A stretch of 64,000 nucleotides of DNA from Minisyncoccota bacterium. GTDB taxonomy: Bacteria > Patescibacteriota > Minisyncoccia > Phycocordibacterales > UBA918. This document shows, piece by piece, positions 48,928-59,719 of the stretch (positions are counted from its first letter, which is position 1; every line of letters starts with the position of its first letter). The notes beneath the pieces were generated by a model that did not search any database, was not told the DNA's origin, and was given only the letters and a program-made list of their open reading frames with translations. Both the position numbers and the translations under genes were made by a program. The stretch covers positions 11,063 through 75,062 of the forward strand of contig JAWKSQ010000001.1 in assembly GCA_041389045.1 (NCBI GenBank), written 5' to 3'.

Positions 48928-49096
48928 AATCACATAATATTCGCCAACAAAACCAATCTAGTTTTGTTGGCGTTTTTTATACTTCACTTTCAGGAAGAGA
49001 TTTTATGTTGACTGTGCGCCTTGTGGGATGACGCTTAAACAGTTACTCAGAGTAACGCAGCATACTCAAAATATAAAAATCCCTCAAAGCATTAAT

Positions 49097-49372
49097 TTAA
49101 ATCCATTTTTTATGAACCCAGCGGAAAAATAAATTACCAACAGAAATTAAAATAAATAATGCCCCTAGAAGAAACAAGAACCCTGCAGCCTCATCACTTC
49201 GTTCCTGTCCAAATATAAGACCAACTAAGGACCCTAAAATATTATCTGGTAAATTTATTAAACTGCAAATTACTATCCGCTTCCCTTAAATTGATAAACA
49301 ATAGAAAAAATTAACAATACTTAGAGCTATGAGTATCAAAAAGAGCCCGATCAAACTTCCGCCTGCCATCAT
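49097..49372 (-). pseudogene. Small membrane protein with an in-frame TAA (49286..49288)
   Basis: MMAGGSLIGLFLILIALSIVNFFYCLSI*GKRIVICSLINLPDNILGSLVGLIFG…. Confidence 0.4.
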
Positions 49373-49544
49373 TAGATATTTTGATACATTATTAATAGCT
49401 TAGCTCCATGTAACTGATTAAAAATTTATTTCTTATTTTACACTAAACTTTTTAAGAATGCCCAACTATAACTCATGATACTATTTAAATAGGCACAACA
49501 TTCCTACCCGTGCTCAAGTTAAATCATATTAATAACCATTTCAT

Positions 49545-49787
49545 ATGCTGAGCACAAACACATTTAAATACTTTATAATTCTAAGTCTTGTTTTATACAC
49601 TATATCTTTAGCACTTCCGGGAATCATCATGCAGAGTGGTCAAGTGTATTATGGAGCATACATTTTAATGTTTGGCTGGTTCATGATTTCGGAAGGGTGT
49701 TTCGCTTGGCTAGAAATCTACTCTCCTTATCTATCATATTTATTTTCCAAGGTAAAAGGAACTTTGCTGTTACAGCTTCAGTCTTAG
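49545..49787 (+). CDS. Hypothetical membrane protein fragment; the downstream continuation is degenerate
   Basis: TM-rich ORF. TM-like reading continues past stops up to ~50010. Confidence 0.35.
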   Translation: MLSTNTFKYFIILSLVLYTISLALPGIIMQSGQVYYGAYILMFGWFMISEGCFAWLEIYSPYLSYLFSKVKGTLLLQLQS

Positions 49788-50170
49788 CTTTTTTGTGTGC
49801 CCTGACTACTTTTTACTTATTCTCCTTCCAAGAGGATCCTTAGGGGTGTAGAAATTATCGACCATTTAGGTGCAGGCTATTACGTATGGCTAATATCAAT
49901 CTGTACAATCATTGCCAGCTCTATTGTAGCTCCTAGCCTAAAAACACCCGGATCAACACAACAATCACCAAATACCTCCACACTCAAAAACCTGGGCCTC
50001 AAAGTAGAGTAAAACAATTTTTAAAATATGTGCTACTTCTAATTTTGACCGTGCTTTTGTTTATGACTATACATATGGTTAATTTAGAAAGACCGACACA
50101 AGCAGCTCCCGCTGGCACCCATCCCTAATAAATCTGAATCAAAAATAGTACCTTCAGACTATCATTAAAA

Positions 50171-50407
50171 ATGAAGAAAATGGTCACTTTACCTAGCAAA
50201 GACTTAAAGGGTGCTACTTCTGTTTATTGGATCGAAGATGGAGAAGTAGTCATTAATAATAAAAACAAAACGTTTGAAGCCACCTTAACGTTTGGACTTG
50301 CTGACACATTAGAAGTAAGTGGTTCGTATATACTTGAAGAAAATATTCTTGATGATGTTCTTAAAGAAGTTGTCAGGACGGGGCGAAATGCGAAATATGT
50401 TGGATGA
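50171..50407 (+). CDS. Hypothetical protein
   Basis: 78-aa ORF with no support beyond the ORF itself. Confidence 0.35.
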   Translation: MKKMVTLPSKDLKGATSVYWIEDGEVVINNKNKTFEATLTFGLADTLEVSGSYILEENILDDVLKEVVRTGRNAKYVG

Positions 50408-50575
50408 AAGTAGAATAAGTATATCCAGTTTTTAGTAACATTTTTTGTTATCGGGTGAGAGGAATCGAGACTTACAGTTTCTGTGTAGCTTTTTTGGATA
50501 TTTAGGTCCGCTTTTGCTCCCAAGCTATCTCAAAGCGCTTTTCGATCCCTCCGAAAGAATGTAGAATATATACAT

Positions 50576-50978
50576 ATGGAAAAATAACAATTGAAGTAAC
50601 TATAGAAGCTCCACTTAAAAAGTTTGGAATTATTGGACTAATGTTGAACACATTGAAGGTTGGGCCTTTGCATCGGATGATTGGGGTGCAGAAGGTTTCC
50701 AATCACCTACAAAGGACGGAACTTTCTCAAGCCGTATGTTTGCGAAAGATGGAAGTTCTGATTCATCTTTTCTGGTAAATACAATGAAGTGGTGGAAAAC
50801 AAATTATCTTGACTACATTAGATGACGGTAGAAATGTGGTGGTTAAATTTGAAGAACACCCACAGGAGTTCATATAACCCAAAGCTTTGAGCCTGAGTCT
50901 GAAAATCCGATCAAGATGCAACGTGACGGCTGGCAGGAATATTTGAACAACTTTAAGAAGTACACGGAGAATCGATGA
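50576..50978 (+). pseudogene. SRPBCC (AHSA1-like) domain protein, multiply frameshifted
   Basis: MEKITIEVTIEAPLKK… / …IEGWAFASDDWGAEGFQSPTKDGTFSSRMFAKDGSSDSSF / GKYNEVVENK / …PESENPIKMQRDGWQEYLNNFKKYTENR lie in different frames. Confidence 0.6.
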
Positions 50979-51018
50979 CTTAATAAAACCAGCATAAGCT
51001 TGTTTATTAAGTCAGTGT

Positions 51019-51230
51019 GTGAGTGAAGGAATCGGTCAGAGTCGATTATTTTCTATACTCACGGTCGTAGAAAATACTCGCTCACGACCCTGCCTCGCCT
51101 CTCCCCTTTCTTCGCTTCGCTCCGAAATTCACATGAGGCTCCGGCTTTCGATTCCTCGCCCTGCAAACGGCAACGGCCCAGAAATAACGTTTCTGGGTCG
51201 GCCTGTGCACCTTATGGGACGACGTTAGAA
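51019..51230 (+). repeat. Repeat N1: degenerate element containing a tRNA 3'-half-like segment (ggctccggctttcgattcctcgcc)
   Basis: It is homologous by eye to 51800..52130 (shared ends, with an internal ~130-nt deletion). The T-loop-like motif is at 51137..51160. Confidence 0.55.
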
Positions 51231-51233
51231 CTT

Positions 51234-51656
51234 TTATCGGTGATTTTCAGGATTAAACATATTAGCGAGTCTCACTACACTTCCAAAAACTTTCATTGAT
51301 TTAATATCCTCAGCGTCTACAAATGTAATCTCCATACATTCATCCGAGGGCTTGAAGTCCAAATGCTCTAATTCACATTCGTATACTATATTTGCAAATC
51401 TAACACCAGGATTTTGACTCTGTTCTCCAGTAAGGAAATAGCAGGGATTTTCAGCTAAACTTTTTACCTTTAAACCCATCTCTTCTTCAATTTCTCTAGA
51501 TAATCCTTCTTTATGTGTTTCTCCCCAGTCTAATCCACCACCTGGTATTTCCCAATAACCCGACGACTCTTTACAAACTAAGAATTTATCTTTCGTTTTG
51601 TTTAGAACTAAGGCTTTAACGCTGACACGGTAAAAACAATTAGGCATCGCATTCAT
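51234..51656 (-). CDS. NUDIX hydrolase
   Basis: Nudix box GGGLDWGETHKEGLSREIEEEMGL. Confidence 0.85.
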   Translation of the reverse strand: MNAMPNCFYRVSVKALVLNKTKDKFLVCKESSGYWEIPGGGLDWGETHKEGLSREIEEEMGLKVKSLAENPCYFLTGEQSQNPGVRFANIVYECELEHLDFKPSDECMEITFVDAEDIKSMKVFGSVVRLANMFNPENHR

Positions 51657-51799
51657 AAATATATATTTATTATGTTTTTAATAGGTGCCAAGACGCGTTG
51701 TCCAGCTCTGTATGAGAATAAATTACTACATAGTTCGAGAGTTATCAAATTTCAATAACGTATTGTCCAAATAAAACCGCTTAAAAGCTGCTTTATTTT

Positions 51800-52130
51800 A
51801 TTTGTGCGGGTAGAGGAATGACGGTCACAAGCTAGTTTGTTTCACTTCGTTCCGATTATCGTTCGCTCTAAACTCCCTACGGTTCGATTCCTCAGAAACG
51901 CGACTTTACATCGCTATGTTTCAACGAAAAACCCCCTGGACTCGCCGGCCCAGAGAGGAATCCCCCGGCGTCATCTTTACAAACGATTCCGCGTTCTTGC
52001 TTCCGACTATTCCACTTCTTCCATCCACGGCAACCGCCTGAAAACTAATCGTTTCTCCAACGAACATGTGCTGTGCCATTTTGATCTTGTATCTTTATCC
52101 AGCCTAGCGTCTAGGTTGAGATTTTAGAAA
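51800..52130 (+). repeat. Repeat N2: longer copy of the N1 element (T-loop-like ctacggttcgattcctcag at 51877..51895)
   Basis: It is in direct orientation relative to N1 and flanks the other side of the NUDIX gene. Confidence 0.55.
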
Positions 52131-52544
52131 GAACGTTTTCCAAAACGCCTACTGCTTGGTATCGAAAGAAATGTATAGCCAGGTTTTCTTATCATAACCA
52201 AAAAACCAATAAAGTTTTATCTTTGAAATCAGAATTGACCACACGAATTAAATTTTCCCTCACCAATTACCTCCGATATCCGCTTGATGTGACTTTGTCC
52301 CAATTGATTCATTTTTTTAAGCGCGATTTCGTCTGACCAGACTTTCTCTCTTATTAGTATAAGCATTTGGTGAGTAACCTTACTCAAAAAAATGACCTGC
52401 TTTTAGACAAACCGGTCTGTTTTGAAATAAAGTATACGAATAGCCTATCTGGTGACATAGTACTATTGTAACACTTTGTGATAAGTTCGTAAGAAACTCT
52501 GATACAATGATGATTATTCAATTTTTCAATCATTCGTTGCTGTC

Positions 52545-53618
52545 ATGGTTGGCTATTTAGCTTTTACAAATTATTTGGCCGACAATATTATTGCTTTTTT
52601 TGACCAATACCAACACCCAACGCAGTTCGCTAATACCGTAGAGCCAGAACCAGAAAAGTCAAAAGGTCTGCTTTCCGCCTTACCAACCTTCTTTGATAAC
52701 GAAACTATCCCGGACATCCTACTTAAAAGTGCTGAATATCAAAAGGCCGCTGTGATCGCTTCTGATGTGAACAGTGTTTATGTCGAAGAACCAATCGACG
52801 CTTTAGTAAATATTTTCTGTACTTTCACTACTAATAACTCAATCCGTACCACAACCGGCACCGGATTCTTTGTTCATAGCGATGGCGTCATCATGACTAA
52901 TGCTCATGTAGCACAGTACCTGTTACTCGAAACGACTGATCTGCTTGGTGAGGCTGATTGTCTAATTCGCCAAGGCAACCCCGCCGTAGCGGAGTACCGA
53001 GCGGAACTTCTGTACATTCCGCCAGCTTGGGTACAGAAGAATGCCTCAGTGATAGACGCCGAAATACCAACCGGCACCGGTGAACGTGATTATGCCCTGC
53101 TTTATGTCTCTGAATCAATTTCAAACACACCCCTACCAGCTCGGTTCCCAGCTCTAGAGCTAGATACTGAATTATTACCACACAGTACAAAAGACATGCG
53201 CGTAACCGCAGCTGGCTATCCAGCCACTGACCTCATTAAAAATGGCTCTGGCACTTCACTAATACCAAGACAAGCTGAGACTAGTATTTCTGAGTTATAT
53301 ACCTTTACTTCTAATTATGCGGATGTTTTCTCAATCCGGGGTAGCGCAGTTGGAGCAGAAGGTTCTTCAGGAGGACCAATTGTCAATCAAGACGGAAAAG
53401 TAATTGGCATGATTGCCACAAGGGGTAACGACTCTGTTGATGGGGTTGGTAGCTTGCGCGCTATCTCAGTTTCGCACATCCACCGGACTATTTTGGAAGA
53501 GACTGGTTTTTCTCTGAGTCGGAACATCTCTGGCAATCTTCCCTATCGCTCACAGGTATTTAGACAAACTCTTTCACCTTTCTTGATCACCTTACTCGAA
53601 ACTGAACTAAAAAACTAG
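52545..53618 (+). CDS. Trypsin-like serine protease (S1C / HtrA-like, no PDZ seen); possible frameshifted N-terminal extension from the ATG at 52507
   Basis: GTGFFVHSDGVIMTNAHV (His), DYALL (Asp) and GSSGGPIVN (Ser). Confidence 0.85.
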   Translation: MVGYLAFTNYLADNIIAFFDQYQHPTQFANTVEPEPEKSKGLLSALPTFFDNETIPDILLKSAEYQKAAVIASDVNSVYVEEPIDALVNIFCTFTTNNSIRTTTGTGFFVHSDGVIMTNAHVAQYLLLETTDLLGEADCLIRQGNPAVAEYRAELLYIPPAWVQKNASVIDAEIPTGTGERDYALLYVSESISNTPLPARFPALELDTELLPHSTKDMRVTAAGYPATDLIKNGSGTSLIPRQAETSISELYTFTSNYADVFSIRGSAVGAEGSSGGPIVNQDGKVIGMIATRGNDSVDGVGSLRAISVSHIHRTILEETGFSLSRNISGNLPYRSQVFRQTLSPFLITLLETELKN

Positions 53619-54373
53619 TCACGCTTTTTACTGAGTGCCACCAACTTGCCGAAGTTTTCCAAGATAGTGTTGGAGTGTGGCTCATCTTTAAAAATTTCCT
53701 CAACAATCGCTCCTTCAGGTAAATAACCGGGGGAGTTTTTAATTCTGTCAATCATATCGGTATAATTGAGTTCCGGATGAAACTGCACAGTATAAATATT
53801 CTGCTTGTATTGAAGCGCCGAAACCTGGCAACTTTCTCCACCAGTCATGAGTAGCGTGGCTCCAGCAGGTACTCTATCGAGCACATCTTTGTGACCATAA
53901 TGAGCATAAAAGGAATCAGGTAGATCTGAAAATAAAAAATAATCCTGCTTATCAACTAGGAATTTAACCTCGTGGGAACAAATCTTTTTCTGACAAGCAT
54001 CACAGTGGACTTGCGCTCCAGCAAAGGCACCGAGGATTTGATGCCCAAAGCAAATTCCTAAAGTTGGCCTGTCATGATCAAAAATATATTGAAAAAGTGG
54101 CCTCAATCGACCAAGGACTTCATAGGATAGATGGCGAGCTGGGTCATTTTCGGCGCGAGCACCATCAAAATCTAAATCCCCTGAACCACCCAAAATAAAA
54201 CCATCATAATGACCCACCACTGTCTCCGGGTATTGCCAGTCAACATCAGTCTTTAAAGCACTGACATAATCTACCTGGCAGATTTTTCCGATAGAACGGT
54301 TAATACAGTTCTGTTCACGCTCTAGTAGCGAATCATTAATACGAAATTGAATCACTAAAACCTTGGTCAACAT
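53615..54373 (-). CDS. Class I glutamine amidotransferase-like protein
   Basis: LGICFGHQ nucleophile elbow and VQFHPE. Confidence 0.8.
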   Translation of the reverse strand: MLTKVLVIQFRINDSLLEREQNCINRSIGKICQVDYVSALKTDVDWQYPETVVGHYDGFILGGSGDLDFDGARAENDPARHLSYEVLGRLRPLFQYIFDHDRPTLGICFGHQILGAFAGAQVHCDACQKKICSHEVKFLVDKQDYFLFSDLPDSFYAHYGHKDVLDRVPAGATLLMTGGESCQVSALQYKQNIYTVQFHPELNYTDMIDRIKNSPGYLPEGAIVEEIFKDEPHSNTILENFGKLVALSKKRD

Positions 54374-54491
54374 ACATAATATCTTAGCAACAAACCACTA
54401 CTTAACTAAGAAGTTATTCCAAGCTAAGTAATGGGACTGACAAGGAGGTTTAGGCGGGGCGGTGGCCAAAGGCCACCGCCCCGCCTTGGTC

Positions 54492-55458
54492 TCAATACGT
54501 AAACCACCGACGCATCCACTCCTCTTCTGTCGAAGGTAAGGCCAAGTCAATAAAAGTCGGGATTAGACCAGAAGCCACAGCTTCAGGCAGACTGGTAAAG
54601 CGCTGGTTGCGAAGTGCACCAACGGCTGAACTCAGCCATTTATCCACGACCTCCAAGACTTCTACTGCCTTGTCTGGCTCCAAGCTAGGTAGACAGCTGA
54701 GTGCCACCGTATCGGATGAAGGATGAATCTGGGCCGGCGTCCAAACCAGTCTTTCTGAAACCCAATCCTTAATACCTTGTAGTGTGACCAAATCTTTCTC
54801 GTAAAGACCAGGCGAAACTTCGCTAACCAAACGTGGCATACTTTCAAAGTAGTTTTTGTAGCTTGCCAAATCTGCAAACCAACGTGGCGCTGGTAGACGT
54901 TCCGGACGAGCCAACCCACTCAACACCGCATTGCGTCCTGGCATTTCTCTTGGCACAGAATACCCGGAATACAACCAACCCAAAACAGTCGGAGCAACCA
55001 ATGTCAGAAGGTTATAGAAAAGCACCCCTTGTCACTCAGTACGTCATTGACTTGAAAGTGGAAGCTAGTGGAGCAATAATCACCCAGCAAGAACCCTTGC
55101 CCGTTTTCTCCACCTTCACTAGGATCGCGCAAAGCTTCCTGCAGAGCAAGCAGGAAGGGTGTATCGAGATGGAAACCTCCAGTCTTCATGCGGTCTGTCT
55201 AGTCTGAGACCAGATGACACTAGTGTCCGGTCGAAGGCTGTTGAGGTAAGATTCACGCTCCAATAGTTCTGTCTGTATATCTTCTGGATATAGACTAGAA
55301 GTGCTGGAAACAGCAAGCTGATCCCAACCTACTTTTCGTGAGACCCTCGGCAGTCCGTCCAAATCCTTCAAGATTGACTGTGCATTTATCGATGACTGTC
55401 CTCTGTAACAAAAGCCCTCAATAGTAACACTTGCGAAATGTCGCAATTTCATGACCAT
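54492..55458 (-). pseudogene. GC-rich hypothetical gene (~320 codons) with two frameshifts
   Basis: The three overlapping ORFs 55186..55458, 55004..55189 and 54492..55025 join head to tail. The total length is 3n-2. A 16-bp-stem terminator lies at 54452..54490. Confidence 0.5.
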
Positions 55459-55595
55459 TCTCCTTATCAGTCTGTATCCAGCTTATTTATAGCTGGAGTT
55501 GTTTACGAACCTAAATTGGACTCTCCTTAAGGAGAGTCCAATTTAAAATATCCTTACGCAATATACCGGAGTTGAGGTGCTTGTCAAAGAACTAC

Positions 55596-56381
55596 CTAAA
55601 CTTCCATTTCTACTACAGTAGAAGTACCGGTTTCTGAACCAGATACCACAGGGGTACTAGAAGCAATATCTACCGGAACCACCACCTCTTCTTTTATTTC
55701 TGATAGAGCACTTCGATCTACGTTCAGTAACGTCGCTGAATCGTCAGCCATAGCATAGGCTTTAACTTTGTCTTCTAGAGAAGACAAATCATAATCTGGC
55801 TGTTCTAAAGTCGCAAGGACCGCTTCAGCACTAACCTTACTTTCCTTCATTGCCGGCAGTAGCTTCGCCAAGACCTCTTTGGTAGAAGACGCGGAAGTAG
55901 TGGAAGCTGTACTAGTAGAATTCACACCTATCACTGACTCAGTGAGAGTGATGAGGGCGACTGTTTTATTAGCCAGGTTCTTAGCCTTAACTATTCTCTC
56001 TTCTTTCGTAAGGGTAACGGGTACAATTTGTTCAACGGTTAGAGAACTACGTACATCAATATTCGTCATAAATACTATTAAACGCTGGGTTCGTTGCAGA
56101 GAGTCAATCAATTGCTTTCTAGTAACGAGACTATCGATATCGGAGTCGTTAATAGCTTCAGAGACTGACCTTTCGATATCTTCTAAACGACGCTTAATAT
56201 CAGTCTTTTCTTCTGGAGTAGCGTGATTATTAATATTACTTAACAATTCATAAGCTCTGGTAGTTTCACTTTCTACTCGCGCCATCAATTTGCTATATGA
56301 AGGTAAAGTAACTTGTTCAGCATTATTAGCGTCAGTCTCTTTAGACTCAGCCAAAACACTAGCGATTTTTGCCGTCGACAT
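55596..56381 (-). CDS. Hypothetical protein in the sigma/anti-sigma operon
   Basis: Clean 261-aa ORF, S/T-rich, downstream of the anti-sigma-like gene. Confidence 0.5.
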   Translation of the reverse strand: MSTAKIASVLAESKETDANNAEQVTLPSYSKLMARVESETTRAYELLSNINNHATPEEKTDIKRRLEDIERSVSEAINDSDIDSLVTRKQLIDSLQRTQRLIVFMTNIDVRSSLTVEQIVPVTLTKEERIVKAKNLANKTVALITLTESVIGVNSTSTASTTSASSTKEVLAKLLPAMKESKVSAEAVLATLEQPDYDLSSLEDKVKAYAMADDSATLLNVDRSALSEIKEEVVVPVDIASSTPVVSGSETGTSTVVEMEV

Positions 56382-56406
56382 ACCTTCTGTGGTACTAGCT
56401 TGATCA

Positions 56407-56985
56407 TTACTTCTTTAATGATGAGGATTGCATGTCGATAGCCGTAGCCAACTGTATCGAGGCTAGAGTAGCTTCATCAACATCAGTTTGCTTAAGTACT
56501 TCAATCTCTCGACGAGCATTATCACTGTGTTCACGTACCGCGTTAGCTACCTCAACTTCAACTTCTTCAGTTAGACGACCTTCGCTAGCTAGTAGCCGAG
56601 CTTCAGCAATCCGGCGATTTAATCTTTCAGTTTCCCAAACCACTTTTTCGTAAGGACTTCGAGACAGAGTGCTTCGCACCTCTTCATTAAAACCGACTTT
56701 AACAGCGTAGAGTGAATCACCCGGAATAGCCCGCTCGGCTAGATAAGTGATGCTGAGAAGAAGTACCCCAAAAGTAGCGGTAGAAATTTGCAAAATACGC
56801 CACAGAGACACGTGAACCAACTTGACCTGCTCTGTTTCGTGAGTAGCACCCAGCTGGCGCACGGAAATTGGCATTGGATGATATTCCATATACGAAACAA
56901 CCCGCTCCCTAAGGTCGCGCTTTTCAGCCACCCGTAATTTTACGGAATTGGCTTTATTTTGTAGTTGTTCGCTAAATCTTTTCAT
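56407..56985 (-). CDS. Membrane-anchored anti-sigma-like protein (DUF5667-like)
   Basis: Single TM segment. The start overlaps the stop of the sigma factor gene. Confidence 0.55.
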   Translation of the reverse strand: MKRFSEQLQNKANSVKLRVAEKRDLRERVVSYMEYHPMPISVRQLGATHETEQVKLVHVSLWRILQISTATFGVLLLSITYLAERAIPGDSLYAVKVGFNEEVRSTLSRSPYEKVVWETERLNRRIAEARLLASEGRLTEEVEVEVANAVREHSDNARREIEVLKQTDVDEATLASIQLATAIDMQSSSLKK

Positions 56986-57566
56986 TATTTAAATTTTTGT
57001 TTGGTGATTCTATTTTCTTCCCGGATATTTGTCTCTTTCTCGATGATTTCGCGAAGCATTTTCAGTCCGCGATGAATCCTAACTGAGACGACATTTTCGG
57101 TTTCCTCAATCATTTCACTGATTTCTTTTGGTCCCAGCTCATCAATAAATCTGAAAATCAGGACCTCTCGATAAACGTCCGGTAAGTCATGTAGTAACTC
57201 AAATGCTTTTTGACCATCAATGGTAGCAGCCAAAGCCTCAGTCGTACTCTCAGTAAGCTCAGGGAAATTTCCCTCGTCAACTCCCTCCATAGAAAGTAAG
57301 TTGTCTAGAGAAGACTCCTTCTTTTTGCGATACTCATCAATAATCAAGTTATTGAGTACTTTGTATAAAAAAGAACGGTACGAATCTATTTTGTGACCAT
57401 CTCGTCCATAAGACCAAACCTTAGTGAAGGTATCATGGACCAAGTCTATAGCTTTTTCTCGATCGCTAATACGAATACTCGCATGGCGAAACAGGGCATC
57501 GCTATATTCTTCGAAGGCATTCAAAAAACGACTCTCGTGGCTTTCCATACTATTATCATCGAGCAT
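56985..57566 (-). CDS. ECF-type RNA polymerase sigma-70 family factor
   Basis: The region 2 (…DLVHDTFTKVW…) and region 4 HTH (…LGPKEISEMIEETENVVSVRIHRG…) patterns are present. Confidence 0.85.
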   Translation of the reverse strand: MLDDNSMESHESRFLNAFEEYSDALFRHASIRISDREKAIDLVHDTFTKVWSYGRDGHKIDSYRSFLYKVLNNLIIDEYRKKKESSLDNLLSMEGVDEGNFPELTESTTEALAATIDGQKAFELLHDLPDVYREVLIFRFIDELGPKEISEMIEETENVVSVRIHRGLKMLREIIEKETNIREENRITKQKFK

Positions 57567-57624
57567 GTGGAAACCATTATATACGTAGACGGTGGGTTTA
57601 ACGAATTCTTACAATCGGAAAAGG

Positions 57625-58239
57625 CTAAATTTCCCTTATTTTCTCTATTAATTCCGGAAATTCGGGTATTAGGAAGTGGTTTTTGTCCGTAAAGGTTACA
57701 AGTTCGGCTTTGGGGAGATGTTTTTTATACTCTAAAGCGTGTTCATATGGCACCACGAAGTCGTCTTTGGAATGCCAAATGGCAATATTGGTGGCATTTT
57801 CTGGTAGTTTTCTGAGGATTTCTGGGTCAAATTGGAAATTTCCACAATCATTGCCACCCTCTCCAGGATACAGACCGCATGGTGCCGCTAGTAGAAATAA
57901 GGTTTTTATCTTGAAGGGCGTCTTATTTTCACTTAGATACTGGGCTAAAAACATCCCGCCGAGTGACCAGCCGATTAAAATCACCCCATCTCGTAAGTAT
58001 TCAAAGTGTCTTTCAAACCAAATCCGCCATTCTTCGTAGTCAGAATTCTGGCTATTTGGCATCTGTGGCGTGTATGTTTCATAATTATCCCCAAGACTCT
58101 CGGATAGAGTTTTTGTCCACTTTATTAAGGTTTCCTTACCAGGTAAGTTCCTGATGGGTACCGTGCGCAAATACTGCAAAAAATCCTCTTGTTTAGAAAA
58201 AGAGTTACCGCCATGAATAAAGAAAACTTGTTTTTTCAT
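57625..58239 (-). CDS. Alpha/beta hydrolase (YdeN/RBBP9-like serine hydrolase)
   Basis: FFIHGG… and GWSLGG nucleophile elbow. Confidence 0.7.
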   Translation of the reverse strand: MKKQVFFIHGGNSFSKQEDFLQYLRTVPIRNLPGKETLIKWTKTLSESLGDNYETYTPQMPNSQNSDYEEWRIWFERHFEYLRDGVILIGWSLGGMFLAQYLSENKTPFKIKTLFLLAAPCGLYPGEGGNDCGNFQFDPEILRKLPENATNIAIWHSKDDFVVPYEHALEYKKHLPKAELVTFTDKNHFLIPEFPELIEKIREI

Positions 58240-58240
58240 A

Positions 58241-59167
58241 CTAAAACCAATCGTTCTTCTTAAAGACCCAAGTCAATACACCTAAAATCATAACATTTAA
58301 CAGCACGATTCCTGGGAACACCAGCGGACTATGCTGAAATGGTAGTTCCACGTTCATGCCGTACAGCGAGGCGATTACCAGTGGCACCGTCATGAGAATG
58401 GTGAGGACGGTCAGTATCCGCAGGGCATTATTGAGTCGACTGGTCATAATCGCCTCGCTAGCGCCACGGATGTTCTGAATCATCTTGAGGATCGAACGAG
58501 CCGAGTTGACCACCTGACCATTGGCGATCACCAAGTCTTCCATCGTATCAACATCATCTGAGTAAAGTTGCATAAAATTGCCAGCGGTCACTTGCTGAAG
58601 CCAAGTATTGGTCGGAATCAGGGCATCCACCATACTGTTGAGAGTAGTTTCATACCCAACTAACCGCTCGATTTCGCGCGGACCAATACTGCGCAAGCGC
58701 ACTCGGTCTTTATGTACGGCCTTTCTTAGTCGCACTAATTCTTGATCAAAAGACTTGGTAAAAATACTCATTATCTGTATGAAAAACTTGGCTTTTTGCG
58801 TAGTGAACACTTCCACTTCCCCACTAATAAGCTTTTTAAAGTGTGGCACTTCCCTAACCGCAATAGTAATAACAAAACTTTCACCAACTATGATGAGGAT
58901 TGGCGCGGTGGCGTTATCTTGTGTTTGGTCACGTAGTGGATAGCGAGTGAAGAGAGCGGCGCCGCCCCGTGAGCCAAGTTCCATGATGAGGATCTCATAG
59001 AAGTCTTTGGCATCACTGACAATATCTGCATCGAGGACAAAAGTTTTTATTAGACTAGCCAAATCCTCATCAGTAGGATCTTCCACATGAACCCAAACTC
59101 CAGTGCGAGGATCTTCAATCACCTTAATAGTTTCGTCTTTGATGGTGCGGAAATAGTATTTTATCAT
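58241..59167 (-). CDS. corA: CorA-family magnesium transporter
   Basis: YGMN motif (LYGMNVELPF) before the last TM segment. Confidence 0.88.
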   Translation of the reverse strand: MIKYYFRTIKDETIKVIEDPRTGVWVHVEDPTDEDLASLIKTFVLDADIVSDAKDFYEILIMELGSRGGAALFTRYPLRDQTQDNATAPILIIVGESFVITIAVREVPHFKKLISGEVEVFTTQKAKFFIQIMSIFTKSFDQELVRLRKAVHKDRVRLRSIGPREIERLVGYETTLNSMVDALIPTNTWLQQVTAGNFMQLYSDDVDTMEDLVIANGQVVNSARSILKMIQNIRGASEAIMTSRLNNALRILTVLTILMTVPLVIASLYGMNVELPFQHSPLVFPGIVLLNVMILGVLTWVFKKNDWF

Positions 59168-59240
59168 CGTGACCACATTGTGCCCTATCAAGTCACTTTT
59201 TCAAAATGAAACATGAAAATAACCGCAAGCAAGCTTGCGG

Positions 59241-59572
59241 TTATTCATCCAGCTCCTCACTCCTGCTAGAACGAAGGCGTTTCATCCATTTTGATCCTTC
59301 ATCGGAAGTTTTCCACTCCTTTCGCCTTTCGTTCGCCAGACAGATTTCCCTGATAGAACCAAGGGAGTAGTTGACGAAATTCATCTGAAGGCGAGTGATT
59401 TAGCATTTCCGCTACCAATTCAATAGGGTTCAAAAGCTTCCCCTTGCTTTTCTATGTCTCGCGAAACACTTTTCACTATATCCTTAAACTTCCCATCGCA
59501 TTTGCCACACAAGACAATGACACAATCTGATGAAGGATCATAAGGATCCCAATCTGCCGTGACATAATACAC
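59241..59572 (-). pseudogene. Hypothetical small gene in three frames
   Basis: The GTG start after ggagg gives MYYVTADWDPYDPSSDCVIVLCGKCDGKF…. It continues as LNPIELVAEMLNHSPSDEF… and then WKTSDEGSKWMKRL… in other frames. Confidence 0.4.
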
Positions 59573-59719
59573 TATACCTCCTTCCTAGACCATGATACTA
59601 ACCAAACAAATCCTACCTAAAGTAAGTAAATATAGCAATCTGTATCAAAATACCCCTTAAAAACTTGCTTTATTTATGTAAATGTGTTATAATTAAAGGA
59701 GTTAACCCGAGGAGAAAAA

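Noticed and set aside
52230-52400. A minus-strand 45-codon ORF (MLILIREKVWSDEIALKKMNQLGQSHIKRISEVIGEGKFNSCGQF) upstream of the protease gene.
   Set aside because: It may be a gene fragment, but there is no RBS and no recognisable family, so the evidence is insufficient.
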